Below, piece after piece: positions 21,627 through 31,553 of a DNA stretch of 64,000 bases. This stretch comes from Diplonema papillatum (Eukaryota), in NCBI GenBank assembly GCA_030068145.1, contig JAPJBO010000158.1:117818-181817 (forward strand). Reading direction: 5' to 3'. The notes under the pieces were generated by a model. The model saw only the letters and a program-made list of their open reading frames with translations, was not told where the DNA came from and ran no database searches. A program made the translations under genes and the position numbers. Each line of letters starts with the position of its first letter. Positions within the stretch are counted from its first letter, which is position 1.

Positions 21627-21992
21627 CATGCAGGGTCAAAACCTTGTGTCTTTTTGGAAAACGCTACCGCGGGGCCGATGGCCCCCCAAGGGAAAAATTT
21701 GGATTTTTTTTTAGTAGTACATCTGTACTGACGGGAACATTTCCGGAACAACGGTTGCACATGAAAGAGAAAATGAAGCCAACGAAAAAGTGCTAATACA
21801 GGAAAACCCCCCCAGAGAGGTTTATACCCTGTACACGCGAAGAACAAACCAACTTCTTCAAAAATCATCGCAGTTTTTGTTCCAATTTTATCTTTTTCAA
21901 AACCCCAAATTTTTCCAGAAAAAATGGGTGGCCATTTTTTTTTGGGTCTAAATCCCTCTTACCAGAAAGACACAAGGTTTTGACCCTGCATG
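21627..21992. mobile_element. MITE-like element A with ~28-bp terminal inverted repeats (catgcagggtcaaaaccttgtgtcttttt)
   Basis: Left arm 21627-21655. Right arm 21966-21992 is its reverse complement. Internal sequence shared with the second copy at 39821..40006. Confidence 0.5.
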
Positions 21993-22061
21993 TTACCTCC
22001 TCGAACAGAGTGAACTCTCGCCGCACCTTTTCAGATACGACTGGTTCGATCTCGCTCTTCT

Positions 22062-22089
22062 GAATGCCGGGCGCTAACGCCCGGCATTC
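22062..22089. repeat. Perfect palindrome gaatgccgggcg-ctaa-cgcccggcattc (12-bp stem, 4-nt loop)
   Basis: Seen directly. Sits in a ~700-bp tandemly repeated unit. Confidence 0.9.
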
Positions 22090-22163
22090 TGCTATGCGTG
22101 TTGCTGCAGCCCGACCCATCGCCTATCTTCGGGGCACTGTAGTGACAGCGTCCGCCATCGGTA

Positions 22164-22629
22164 GTAAATTTGTTGCATTTGTGTGTGGGCCTTTTAAGCG
22201 TGGATGATGCCTCTCGCGCTGCTCCCCTTGAGGCTCCTGGCTCATGCCAAAGCGCCGCCGCCAGGGTTAAGGGGTTGCGGCATCAGGCGTGAGCCAGGGC
22301 CAGGGAGACTGTTCGGAGGGGTCACCACCCACCGTTCGCGAGCTTCGTTACTTCACTGCCCCCGGCTCTCCCCGGCCTTCGTCATCCCGGGGGAGGGTTC
22401 CACGGCCATCTCCCCGCGTGGGGAATGGACTGGTGCTGTGCCGCGGGTCCTTCCGTGCGTCCTCGCGACGTCGCCGCTGTCGTTGTCGCTGCCGCTGTTG
22501 CTGCCGCTGCAGCCGCTGTCGGGCGGTTGGTTGACGATCCCGGTCTGCACCCCGCCTGTTGCGCGTCGGCTTTCTTCTTCTCGGCGTTCGCTAGGACGTC
22601 CAATTGGTTGCATTTGTGTGATTGTCAGG
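22164..22629. mobile_element. 466-bp non-autonomous insertion (family R4) flanked by 9-bp target-site duplication ccatcggta
   Basis: TSD copies at 22155-22163 and 22630-22638. The neighbouring tandem unit at ~22872-22886 has the uninterrupted site (cgtccgccgttggtatcacacgaag). 5' ~150 bp of the insert recurs inverted at 49085..49245. Confidence 0.5.
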
Positions 22630-22773
22630 CCATCGGTATCACACGAAGTCGTCAGCCCACCTTCCGACAGGCTTCGTTGGATTCGTGCAAGTAAACAACA
22701 ACCCTTCAACAGAGTGAACGAGTGAATTCTCGTCGCACCTAATCAGATACGGCTCTTTCGTGCTCGCTCTTGT

Positions 22774-22801
22774 GAATGCCGGGCGCTAACGCCCGGCATT
22801 C
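22774..22801. repeat. Second copy of the same perfect palindrome
   Basis: Identical 28-mer in the next tandem unit. Confidence 0.9.
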
Positions 22802-23073
22802 TGCAATGCGTGTCGCTGCAGCCGGCCCCAGAGTAGTCGCCTATCTTCGGGGCACGGTGTTTCCAGTCGACAGCGTCCGCCGTTGGTATCACACGAAGAC
22901 CTCACGTGTTCTTGTTGTTAGCGATCACTCGACGAGACACAGAATATGTTGCCCACCGACACCTTCCGACAGGCTTCGTTGGACTCTTGCGGTTGTTGTT
23001 TACTTCCTTCAACAGAGTGAACGAGTGAACTCTCGTCGCACCTATTCAGACGGCTCTTTCGTGCTCGTTCTCA

Positions 23074-23176
23074 CCCCCAGAAATCCCTTCGAAACAAGCA
23101 CTTCTGTCCCCCAGAAACCCCTTCGAAACAAGCACTTCTGTCCCCCAGAAATACCTTCGAAACAAGCACTTCTGTA
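23074..23176. repeat. 33-34-bp tandem repeat x3 (cccccagaaa.cccttcgaaacaagcacttctgt)
   Basis: Seen directly. Confidence 0.85.
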
Positions 23177-23319
23177 CTGCACTCGCCCCCCTCCTTCCTC
23201 GTCCACGGGGTCCACTTCAAGAGTGAGACCCGTGGCTTCCTCCCACCGCCCCCCGCACGTGGGTCGGATTCGGGTACATATCCGTCTCCCCCAGCTGGCG
23301 AAACGGCGTAGCACGGGTG

Positions 23320-24010
23320 GTCCTGGCTGCGACGAGCTACGAACAGCCGCCTGACAAACCAGACTCACACCGCAGTCCTGTCTGCAGACACACTCAGGTT
23401 CCACGCTGATGATGGTCCGCCTTATGTGTCCGTGGCTTAAAGGACCGAAACACGGCGCAGACGGGACCAGTGCGGTGTTGAGCACATACCCATTCCAAGC
23501 ACGTTCTTGCAAAACCCCCGGGGCGGCATCTTCCACCGGGAGACCGCTCCGGGGAGAGGTTCTTGCAACGCTCTCGATCCGTAAAAAAATAGCTCTGCAG
23601 CCCACCGCTTCGTCGAACCCTGCCTCTCCTCCCCTCCAGCTGTCCTGTCTGTAGACTCCTCAGGTGCCGCGCTGATGATGGTTCAATGGTCCGCCTCACG
23701 TGTCCGTGGCTCGGAAGACCGAACCACGGCGCAGACGGGACCAATGCGGTGTTACGCACATGAACATGCGTCCATTCCAAGCACGTTCTTGCAGTCCCCC
23801 CGTGCCCACGCCGTACCAGCACGGCTGAGTGACGAGCTGCGAACAGCTGCCTGGCAAACCAGACTTACACCGCTATCCTTATCTACTGACACCCAGGCTC
23901 CGCACTGATGGTGGCCCGCCTTAAGTGTCCGTGGCTTAAAGGACCGAAACACGGTGCAGACGGGACCAGTGCGGTGCCGAACGCATATCCATTCCAAGCA
24001 CGCCCGGATA
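23320..24010. repeat. Three diverged copies of a ~165-bp repeat (family R3: ..aaaccagactcacaccgc.gtcctgtctgc...gctgatgatggtccgcct..gtgtccgtggcttaaaggaccgaaacacggcgcagacgggaccagtgcggtg...ccattccaagcacg)
   Basis: Copies at ~23328-23520, 23640-23810 and 23831-24010. Contains complementary segments (ggtccgcc/ggcg..ggacc; ccgtgg/cacgg) compatible with a stem-loop. Confidence 0.5.
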
Positions 24011-24120
24011 AAGCAGAACAGGCGCGTGGTGTGGTGGGAACGTTGGCTTCAACAAGCGAAGCCGAAGCAAAAAAAAAAGAATATCGAACCTGAAACTATA
24101 TTATACCTTGCCACAAAGGA

Positions 24121-24199
24121 ATCCTTTCGACCATTGTCACCCGGAGACTTTAAAACCCCGGATACTCAGGCGAACTTTCACTCAAAAAAAAAAAAAAAA
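24121..24199 (+). mobile_element. R5 retroposon 3' end fragment with A-tail
   Basis: atcctttcgaccattgtcacccggagactttaaaaccccggatactcaggcgaactttcactcaaaaaaaaaaaaaaaa. Confidence 0.4.
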
Positions 24200-25329
24200 C
24201 CGAAAGAACGCAGGAAAACAAAGTCACCAGAACATCAGGACCGACGCGCTATTGTCGACCGCACACAAAGTCAAACGAATTGCGCTACCCACCATCACTC
24301 CCTCCCCCTATATGCGGGGCACTTGGAAGCATGTCGAATAAGATACTTACCGACGTAGCTGGACGTATTTTTCTTCGTGAAAGGATGCAAATTCTATAGG
24401 TTGTGCAACTGCTCTTCGAAACGAAGTGCGTTGGTTGATCAGAATTCCTGAACAGTCGAACAGCGCAAAACGAGTTAGACGAGGCCAGCGAAAACGTGCA
24501 GCGAGGCCCTATACATGTGCAGAACAAGAGTATTTCGCCTTATCATTTGTGCGAAGCATCAACTGATCACCGATGCTGAAAATGATAAGGCGAACTATTC
24601 TTGTTCTTCGCATCGTTGATCAGGCGTGATCGTCCGCTGCTTCGTTCAGTGCGACCCAACTGGACGGACCGTTTTCAAGTTCGTCAAAATAAATGTGCGA
24701 CAGCTGGGCTCTGGCGCAGAGATTACGTGTCCCAATTTCACGGGGGAAGGGGTAGGCGCACCAAAAGAAACTAGATAGATACGTTCCACACCTTCGCTCC
24801 CCGGCGATGGCAATGGGAACGGTGGGAAGCCTCGGGGCTGGCTAAGGCGTGATAACCATCCCTTGGACCTGCCTTTTTGTGCTCCCTTATCTCTCACTTT
24901 CCGTTTTTTCCCCTCTCCCGCTCTACCAACTTCCTCTCTCGTCCACGCCTTCCGTAATCCGAGCATTTTCTTCGCACGGCTATCTCCGGTGACCGCCGAT
25001 TCGAACGTCTGTTTTCCAGCTCTGACTCCGTACGGAACTTTTTACCTCGGGCTTATTTAGACCGGCCGCGGTGCTGCCCTACTTTGCACTCGTGTGCTTG
25101 CTAACAAGAAAGGTAGACTGGCAAACCAAGCTAGACCACTCGACTGCACCCGAAGTTGGTGTCCCGAACACCAAAGAAACGAAGTACGCAAGAACTCCGC
25201 ACAAGCCACGCATCTGGCTTCTGCTAAGGCCTGGACCTACGTTTCTTCAGAGGGGCTCACGCACTCAAAGTTCCCTGACTGGTGTCTCCAAACGAGGGTT
25301 CGCGAGCCGAAGCCCGTTTGTCGCTGGAA

Positions 25330-25530
25330 ACGGATAAGCTACGGATCCGAAGACCCTAACCCCACAAGGGAGCAGCTGCCGTCTTCCCATCATTGGATAA
25401 GTAAAGCGACAACAAGAGTAGTGGTATTTCATTGTTGCGGCCTCCCACCTATTCTACACCTCTCGTGTCACTGCACAAAGTCAGACTAGAGTCAAACTCA
25501 ACAGGGTCTTCTTTCCCCGACTTATACGCA
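25330..25530 (-). rRNA. Cytosolic-type LSU (25S/28S) rRNA-like fragment; divergent, probably a pseudogene fragment
   Basis: Minus strand reads CGGGGAAAGAAGACCCTGTTGAGTTTGACTCTAG...GTGTAGAATAGGTGGGAGG...AATGAAATACCACTAC...GCTTTACTTATCCAATGA. This is the near-universal GGGGAAAGAAGACCCTGTTGAGCTTGACTCTAG / GAAATACCACTAC / CTTTACTTATTCAATGAAG block of eukaryotic LSU rRNA. Homology fades on both sides. Confidence 0.55.
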
Positions 25531-26813
25531 CGAAATACGCGTGAACTGCGCACGAACTGCAATACGGGGTTTCGGGGGTACCAGAAGTAGATACAAATTC
25601 CGATACTTCTCCGTGCCGTAAAAGGGCATGAAACGCATAGCTCCTCTTGCGGGCTATGGTATACGGTATACAACGCACGCACCTGCTTTGTGTGTGCGTC
25701 CATCACAGCCCAATATCGAAGAAGCTGGAAAAAGAAAAAAAAAAGAAGAAGAAGCACAAAAAAAGCGTTCGAATCTTGGTGCGAGAGTGGTCGGTGCTGA
25801 AAGGAAGCCGGACTGGCCGAACCGTCGCAAAACTCGCGCTCGATCCAACGGGGACGGGGGAAGGGTACCCCCCCCCCCCACTTCCCCCGCTGCCGCGCTG
25901 GAGTTTCCCCTTTCTCTCTCTCTTTTTTTCTCTCTTTTTTTTTTTTTGGTAACTGAGGGGGGAAATGCATGACGCACGACCACAACCCGGACCAAACTTG
26001 TGAGTGTGGGACTGTCCGTTTTTCCGTCGGGACTTACCCACTAAAACCACCTAACTCAGAGATTCGAGAGATGCAGAGGGTGCTACCCACGGTTCTCACC
26101 GTGTACGCGGCGCGATGGAGGGGCCACCCTCCACGCGGGACTTGGCCAGTCCTTGCGCTGTCTGCCGCAGGGGTGCCCGGTGGCTAGCCGGATCTTGCGT
26201 CGGAACCCCTGCGCTCGCTGTGGCGCGGCTTGGCGGTCCCCAATTCCGTTTTTCTACGGTCGTTGGGGTACCTGGTGATCGTCCAGTCTGGGCGAGTCCG
26301 GTTGAACCGGCAGACTGTGGCAAGGGTACGATCACGCCGCTCAACTCACTCGGGGAGACACCCTCCACAAGCGACCGGCTTGCGACCGGTCTGGGAGAGT
26401 GCCTCGGGTGAGGTTGCTGCTGCACCTGGGTGTTTTGGGCGCTCTTGCTCAGGCTGGGGTCCTGAAGGCGGGCTTTTTTGGGGCAGTATTTCTCACCCAG
26501 GAGTATGGAGCAGGGGGGGTCTTTTCGCTTCAGCCGGGGCAGTGGCTGATGGGCGGCGATTATTATTATTTCTGGGGGGGCTGGTGCCTTTTTCGGGGGG
26601 GGCGGTGGTGGCTGGTCGTCTCCCGGGGGGCGCGGGTTTTTTCAAGAGTTGTGGGTTGCCCAGTCCCACCGGGGGGGTCTTTTCTCTTGAGTGCCTGCGG
26701 GTTTGTTTCTGGTGCTGGTGCGTTTTTCGGGGGGAGTGGCTCTCGTTTTGGGGGAGGTGCCTGCGGGTTTGTTTCGGGTGCTGAGGCGTTTTTCGGAGGG
26801 GGGGGAGCTCTCG

Positions 26814-26842
26814 TTTTTTTTTTTTTTTTTTTTTTTTTTTTT
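26814..26842. repeat. Homopolymer T29 tract, preceded by G-rich ~60-bp tandem repeats (26690-26815)
   Basis: Units gtgcctgcgggtttgtttc.ggtgctg..gcgtttttcgg.ggg...g.ctctcgtttt x2. Confidence 0.85.
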
Positions 26843-27410
26843 GGCTAGCCAAAGTGAGAAAAAGAGTGAAAGAGTACGAACGTAGTAGTGAGTAGAGAAG
26901 AGAACGAGTGTAAAAGAAGTTGGCGGTAGCACAAACTACCGGGCCAGCGGAGACCACCGCAAAAAGATCTCTAATGTTTCCTTATCCCGCAAAACCAGCA
27001 CCAATAACAACGACCCCCACTTCCCCCGCTGCCGCGCTGTCAACGCGTCCCCCTCCTCGAAATAATATTGCGGACAAGAGTCCCAATGTTTTATCGTGTT
27101 TTTGCATCCTGTCTGGTCTTTCTTTGGTGGACTTTGCCCAGCAAAGTCCGCTGTACGCGGTGAACCTCTGTCGTCTGACGTGCGCCCGTAGCAAGAGGAG
27201 TGAGGTTTCACGCATGCCGCACTTGCAAACAGGATGCAATTGGTCGTCTGCCTGAAACATGCAGGTCTGCCTGAAACATGCAGTGCAAGTCGGCAGAAGT
27301 CTTGCCGTGCTGTGCAAGTTCACCCCCTGCCTGTTCGAATGTTGTCGAGCGGGTGAGCATGCAAGTAATCTGTTGCGATAATCTGCATCGAACATAATCG
27401 AGTTCAGTAG

Positions 27411-27443
27411 TTTGGGTTAGAATGCAAAGAGTCTGTGGCGATA
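27411..27443. repeat. Right member of the long-range inverted match
   Basis: See 19745-19778. Confidence 0.35.
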
Positions 27444-28232
27444 ATCTGTCGACGGCGCAGTTCAGTAGAGCGTTGCAGATTGTAGTCAAGCGAAATTCGA
27501 GCGCAGTCGAGTGTCCTCGCCGCGTAATCGAACCCAGGTCGTTTTTCAAAGGATAGGTGACTTGGCTCACGTGTTTTGCACTGCAACGCTGGATGTATTG
27601 GCGCGCAAACCGTCCGATGTCACGATGCGGAGGTCACCGTGTAAGTCCGATCTGTCAACGCAGATACCATCCTCCCCCCTCCCCCCTACCTACCTAACTA
27701 AGATTCCCCCCCCCCCGGTCTTCGTCGCTCAGCGCGGGTGATAGCCCGCCTGATATGACGCGGAGTAGACGGGACAAGGTGTTCTACCATCGCAAGCAAT
27801 TTTACCTTTCCACAACCCACTCGACTTCGTCTCCCCGTTGCCCTCTCTGATACACACACATACACTCTCTACCTTTCTCCGTTTGATTCACTCGCATTTC
27901 TAGCTGTTCGGGCAACGCCCGCTCAGGCCGGATTGCATGTTTGGACCATTTCTTTCTGCCAGTGGCGCAACCTTCTCGTGGCGGGACGGAGAGTAGCACA
28001 GTAGAACCTGCCGAACGCCTGCGTTCCGCCGCGTTTCGCGAAGAAGTCGTCACCGGAAGGCCGGCGCGCGCTCAAGGGCCACCACGTTTCCCTCGGCTCC
28101 GTCGCGGTTGGGTCTCCATCGCCGCAGGCAAAACGTCGCCAAGCGGAAGTGTTTGTCGCCGCTTTTCGTCGACCTGCGAAGGGGAAACCGTGGAATACGG
28201 CTTCTCAGTACACCTCCCCGGTGGGAAAGACC

Positions 28233-28742
28233 ATTGTTTCTAACGTACTCGTTGACAGGTGCTTCTAACGTACTCTTTCACAGGTTAAGACATCATCCGT
28301 TGCTTCTAACGTTCTCATGACAGATGAAGACAACCTGACGTGAGGCGTCTTCGGTGTTGTAGTAAGACGACCAACGTAGCGGGCCGACCGCGAAACGACG
28401 ATGTGCAAACGACATCCTGGTCGACGAGCGGCCGGCCTGCTCTCAGCCCGGTGCTGGGGCCGGGTGGAGGAAGGCCCCCCCGGAGGAAAGTTGTAGTCTA
28501 ATGTTTAGGCAGAACACTGCCTCTTCTGCATGATTGATGCTTGCATCAAGTCTTCTTCGAAGAATATGTTGCGTAGAAAAGGAAGGCAAAAAAAATGGCA
28601 AGGGAGTGCACAGGTCCAAAGTTGAGGGGGTGGATCATGTCTTGACCTGTCAATGAGCACGTTAGAAGCAATGGATGATGTCTTAACCTGTCAAAGAGTA
28701 CGTTAGAAGCACCTGTCAACGAGTACGTTAGAAACAATGGAT
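28233..28742. repeat. Foldback-type inverted repeat: ~80-bp arms (28233-28312 and 28660-28742) around a ~350-bp spacer, right side with extra ~40-bp tandem units to ~28830
   Basis: Reverse complement of attgtttctaacgtactcgttgacaggtgcttctaacgtactctttcacaggttaagacatcatccgttgcttctaacg matches cgttagaagcaatggatgatgtcttaacctgtcaaagagtacgttagaagcacctgtcaacgagtacgttagaaacaatgg almost perfectly. Confidence 0.75.
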
Positions 28743-29374
28743 CATGTCTTGACCAGTCAACGAGCACGTTGACCTGTCAATGAGCACGTTGACCTGTCAA
28801 TGAGCACGTTCGAAGCAATGGATGATGTCTGGCGGGTCCGCCAGAAAGCACACCACCACTAAATAGGTAGTGCACGTTGACCGCCGCGTTGCTCTGCTTC
28901 GTCATCGGCCTCGATGTCGCCGCCGATCCGTCTCTGCGTGTGCAACACATACCGTCTCCCCCGAGAGACAGGATTCTGTCTAACGGTGAAATCCCGCCTC
29001 AGGGGGACTGGAGCAAAAGCTGGAGTTTAAAAGCGGGTGCCACGCCCGCTTTTGCAGCGCATTAGTTGCACTACATCGTACGGTACAGTAGTGCACGTGA
29101 TATCCTGTGAGGGTGTAGACCTCACGTCGCATCCGCAGCAGCAGGAGTCCACCGTGTGTGTGTATACACTGCATACATGCAGCACGTGGTATGCAGAGGA
29201 GAATCCACAGCACAGGTACAACCGCGCATTTCGTCCTGGGATGGTCCCACGACCAATGGCGGTGTTGAAGGCGCGCGTGCTTGGCAGGACTTGGACTGCG
29301 CACTCTTGCCCGCGCGCTCAGACGCCATCACATTTACGAGCAGCAAGCAACCGGAAACGGAGCGAAAAGAAAAT

Positions 29375-29740
29375 ATGCTCGACGTCGTAAATTTGAAGAA
29401 GGAGCTGGACAAGGTGCACGACTATTGGTCGCCACGCATAGTAGGCCGCGTCAACGACCAGTACGTCAAGGTGGCGAAGGTGAAGGGCGAGTTCGTGTGG
29501 CACAAGCACGACGGTGAAGACGAGATGTTCTTCATCGTGAAGGGATCCCTCGTGATCCAATACGAAGACGGACAGGCAGAGCTGTCGGAGGGCGACTTTC
29601 ACGTGGTGCCCAAAGGTAAAAGACACAACCCCGTAGCAGCGGAGGAATGCTGGATTGCCCTCATCGAGCCCGTCGAGACAACGCACACCGGTGACGTGGT
29701 CTCAGACCGGACAAAATCTGTGGAGGACCAACTGAAGTAA
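29375..29740 (+). CDS. Small cupin_2 (conserved-barrel) protein, bacterial-type, intronless, 121 aa
   Basis: Internal Met of ORF 29156..29740 (MLDVVNLKKELDKVHDYWSPRIVGRVNDQYVKVAKVKGEFVWHKHDGEDEMFFIVKGSLVIQYEDGQAELSEGDFHVVPKGKRHNPVAAEECWIALIEPVETTHTGDVVSDRT). Cupin His/Glu pattern H-x-H...E...G...GD...P.G..H. Confidence 0.7.
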   Translation: MLDVVNLKKELDKVHDYWSPRIVGRVNDQYVKVAKVKGEFVWHKHDGEDEMFFIVKGSLVIQYEDGQAELSEGDFHVVPKGKRHNPVAAEECWIALIEPVETTHTGDVVSDRTKSVEDQLK

Positions 29741-31508
29741 ACGGACAAATGATGATGGCAGCAGGCACATAGTCTGGGTACCAGGTCAACCATTATTGAC
29801 ACAATAGATAGTTAGAGAATCGTTCGAGCGGCTCGGAGATGAAGGGCGGACATCGTCATGCATTATAGGTATCGCGCTCGGCAGGTGAGTTGTTGCACAC
29901 TCATTATCGAAGGTGGGCGGCCGTCTCTATGTGTGGGATCTTATGAGCGATCACTTCGACACCTTAGCTCTCGCTTCATCCCGCTTCGCCAGTCCTGATG
30001 TCAAGATTAACCGACACCCTTAGCGGAATCTGATGTGCGCTCACTCGGACACCTTGCGTCAACTCTTGTTCATCCGTGTCGCCAGTGTACTCTTGACTCA
30101 CCTGGCTGAGTTCAATGCAGTTAGCGAGCGGTAGGTCGAGGAAACGATTCACCCAATGACTTCGAACGGGTACCGCCACAAGGCGAAGACACGCGTGCTC
30201 GAAAGACACCGTGGATTCACGCTATGTCGACGTTCCTTTTTGAATGCTCTTAAAAAACAGGAATCGAGGGGCGCTTTCTACGATCTTGCAGCAGGATACA
30301 AACACAGTTACCCAACACACTCACCTGATGACCATTTTCTGACTTGATCTGGGGTTAGAATTGGAGAAGGCACGCAATTAAAAGAACGAACGTGTTCAAG
30401 TACGAGGGTAGTGGACGTTTGCTAGTCTAAGAGGACCTGTTGCTCAGGCTGGCGTTCGTGCGACCGTTCCTTTTTGCCCAGCCCAACGTTTGTGCGAGCC
30501 CTGATGCTCCGGTGTTGGTGTGAGCATGAGCGCACTGTCGAAGCTGATGCTCAGTCCGCCGCTTGTTTTTTGTGCGCGAGCCGCGCACCGTGAAACCTGG
30601 AAGCTATGCGACCCTCCCTCGAGCATTGGCCTTCCCCCTACCCCTGCAGACGTTTGTGTCTGCGTCTGCGTATTTTGACAACGCAACCGAAGACGTGTCT
30701 GCAGTATCAGCGTGCAGCTTAGCTCGGCACCCTCCATGTAGAGGAAGGTGACGGGACGACTGGGAAGGAAAGCCGATGCGAAGAGAGGTCGCAATGCAGT
30801 TTCTGCTCAGAAAAACTCTTAACGCAGTTCAAGAGAGTGGTAACGTGCGCGCACTTCGAGCAACCTGCGTGCTGAAGCTTCGCAGACGACGCAGTTGAGG
30901 ACTTGTTCTACGAATTGTAGCGTTCACATTTGTGCTGCACAGAAAGAGTTTCTCACATTGCGACTGCACGACTGCTCAAAAGGAAAGGCGGGGACTCACA
31001 ATTGATGGTCGTGATCCAACGACAAACGGCTCACTCGAACTTTGCTTCACCAGGACATAGCAACGCCCGAACCTAGCTGCTAATCGGGGTGTGGGTACGT
31101 ACACGAACTCCCTTGCTTGGCACAACAGGACTGGGAACGGCCTGATCTGCGCACGCCTGCGTCTGCGTCTGCAGTTTTCCGAAAGTCGGCTGCAGACGGG
31201 CCTGCAGGCAACATTGACGAAATAGACACCAGCAAAAAACTGAAGCCAGCGGGGGGCTAGACTAAGTAACTGTAAACGTTCACCGTTTATAAACGTTCAC
31301 GTCTACTCTTTACACTAATCGTGTTTGCTAAGCGTTCACTACATTCACTGGATGGATTATACTTGCCATCGTACTTGTCATACATTAAATCCAACAGTAC
31401 AAGTATGACACGTACGTGGTTCCCTTCTGTGATTTCTTTATGGCCTCTTCTTGTGCAAATTTTTTTAGCTTTAAAATACTCTCTCTATCGCTATCTAAGG
31501 TTCACTGT

Positions 31509-31530
31509 CACAAAACAAATTGTCAATCAC
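31509..31530 (+). promoter_or_regulatory. Conserved upstream motif variant (cacaaaacaaattgtcaatcac), 24 nt before the ATG of paralog 4
   Basis: Degenerate copy of the motif seen upstream of paralogs 1-3. Confidence 0.22.
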
Positions 31531-31553
31531 TAAATTGGACGCGTTTTCACGAG

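Noticed and set aside
22204-22725. ORF 22204..22725 and 48856..49260 sharing the peptide MMPLALLPLRLLAHAKAPPPGLRGCGIRR
   Set aside because: Both lie in copies of repeat family R4 (one is the reverse strand of the other's orientation). Composition and context indicate a repeat artefact, not a gene.
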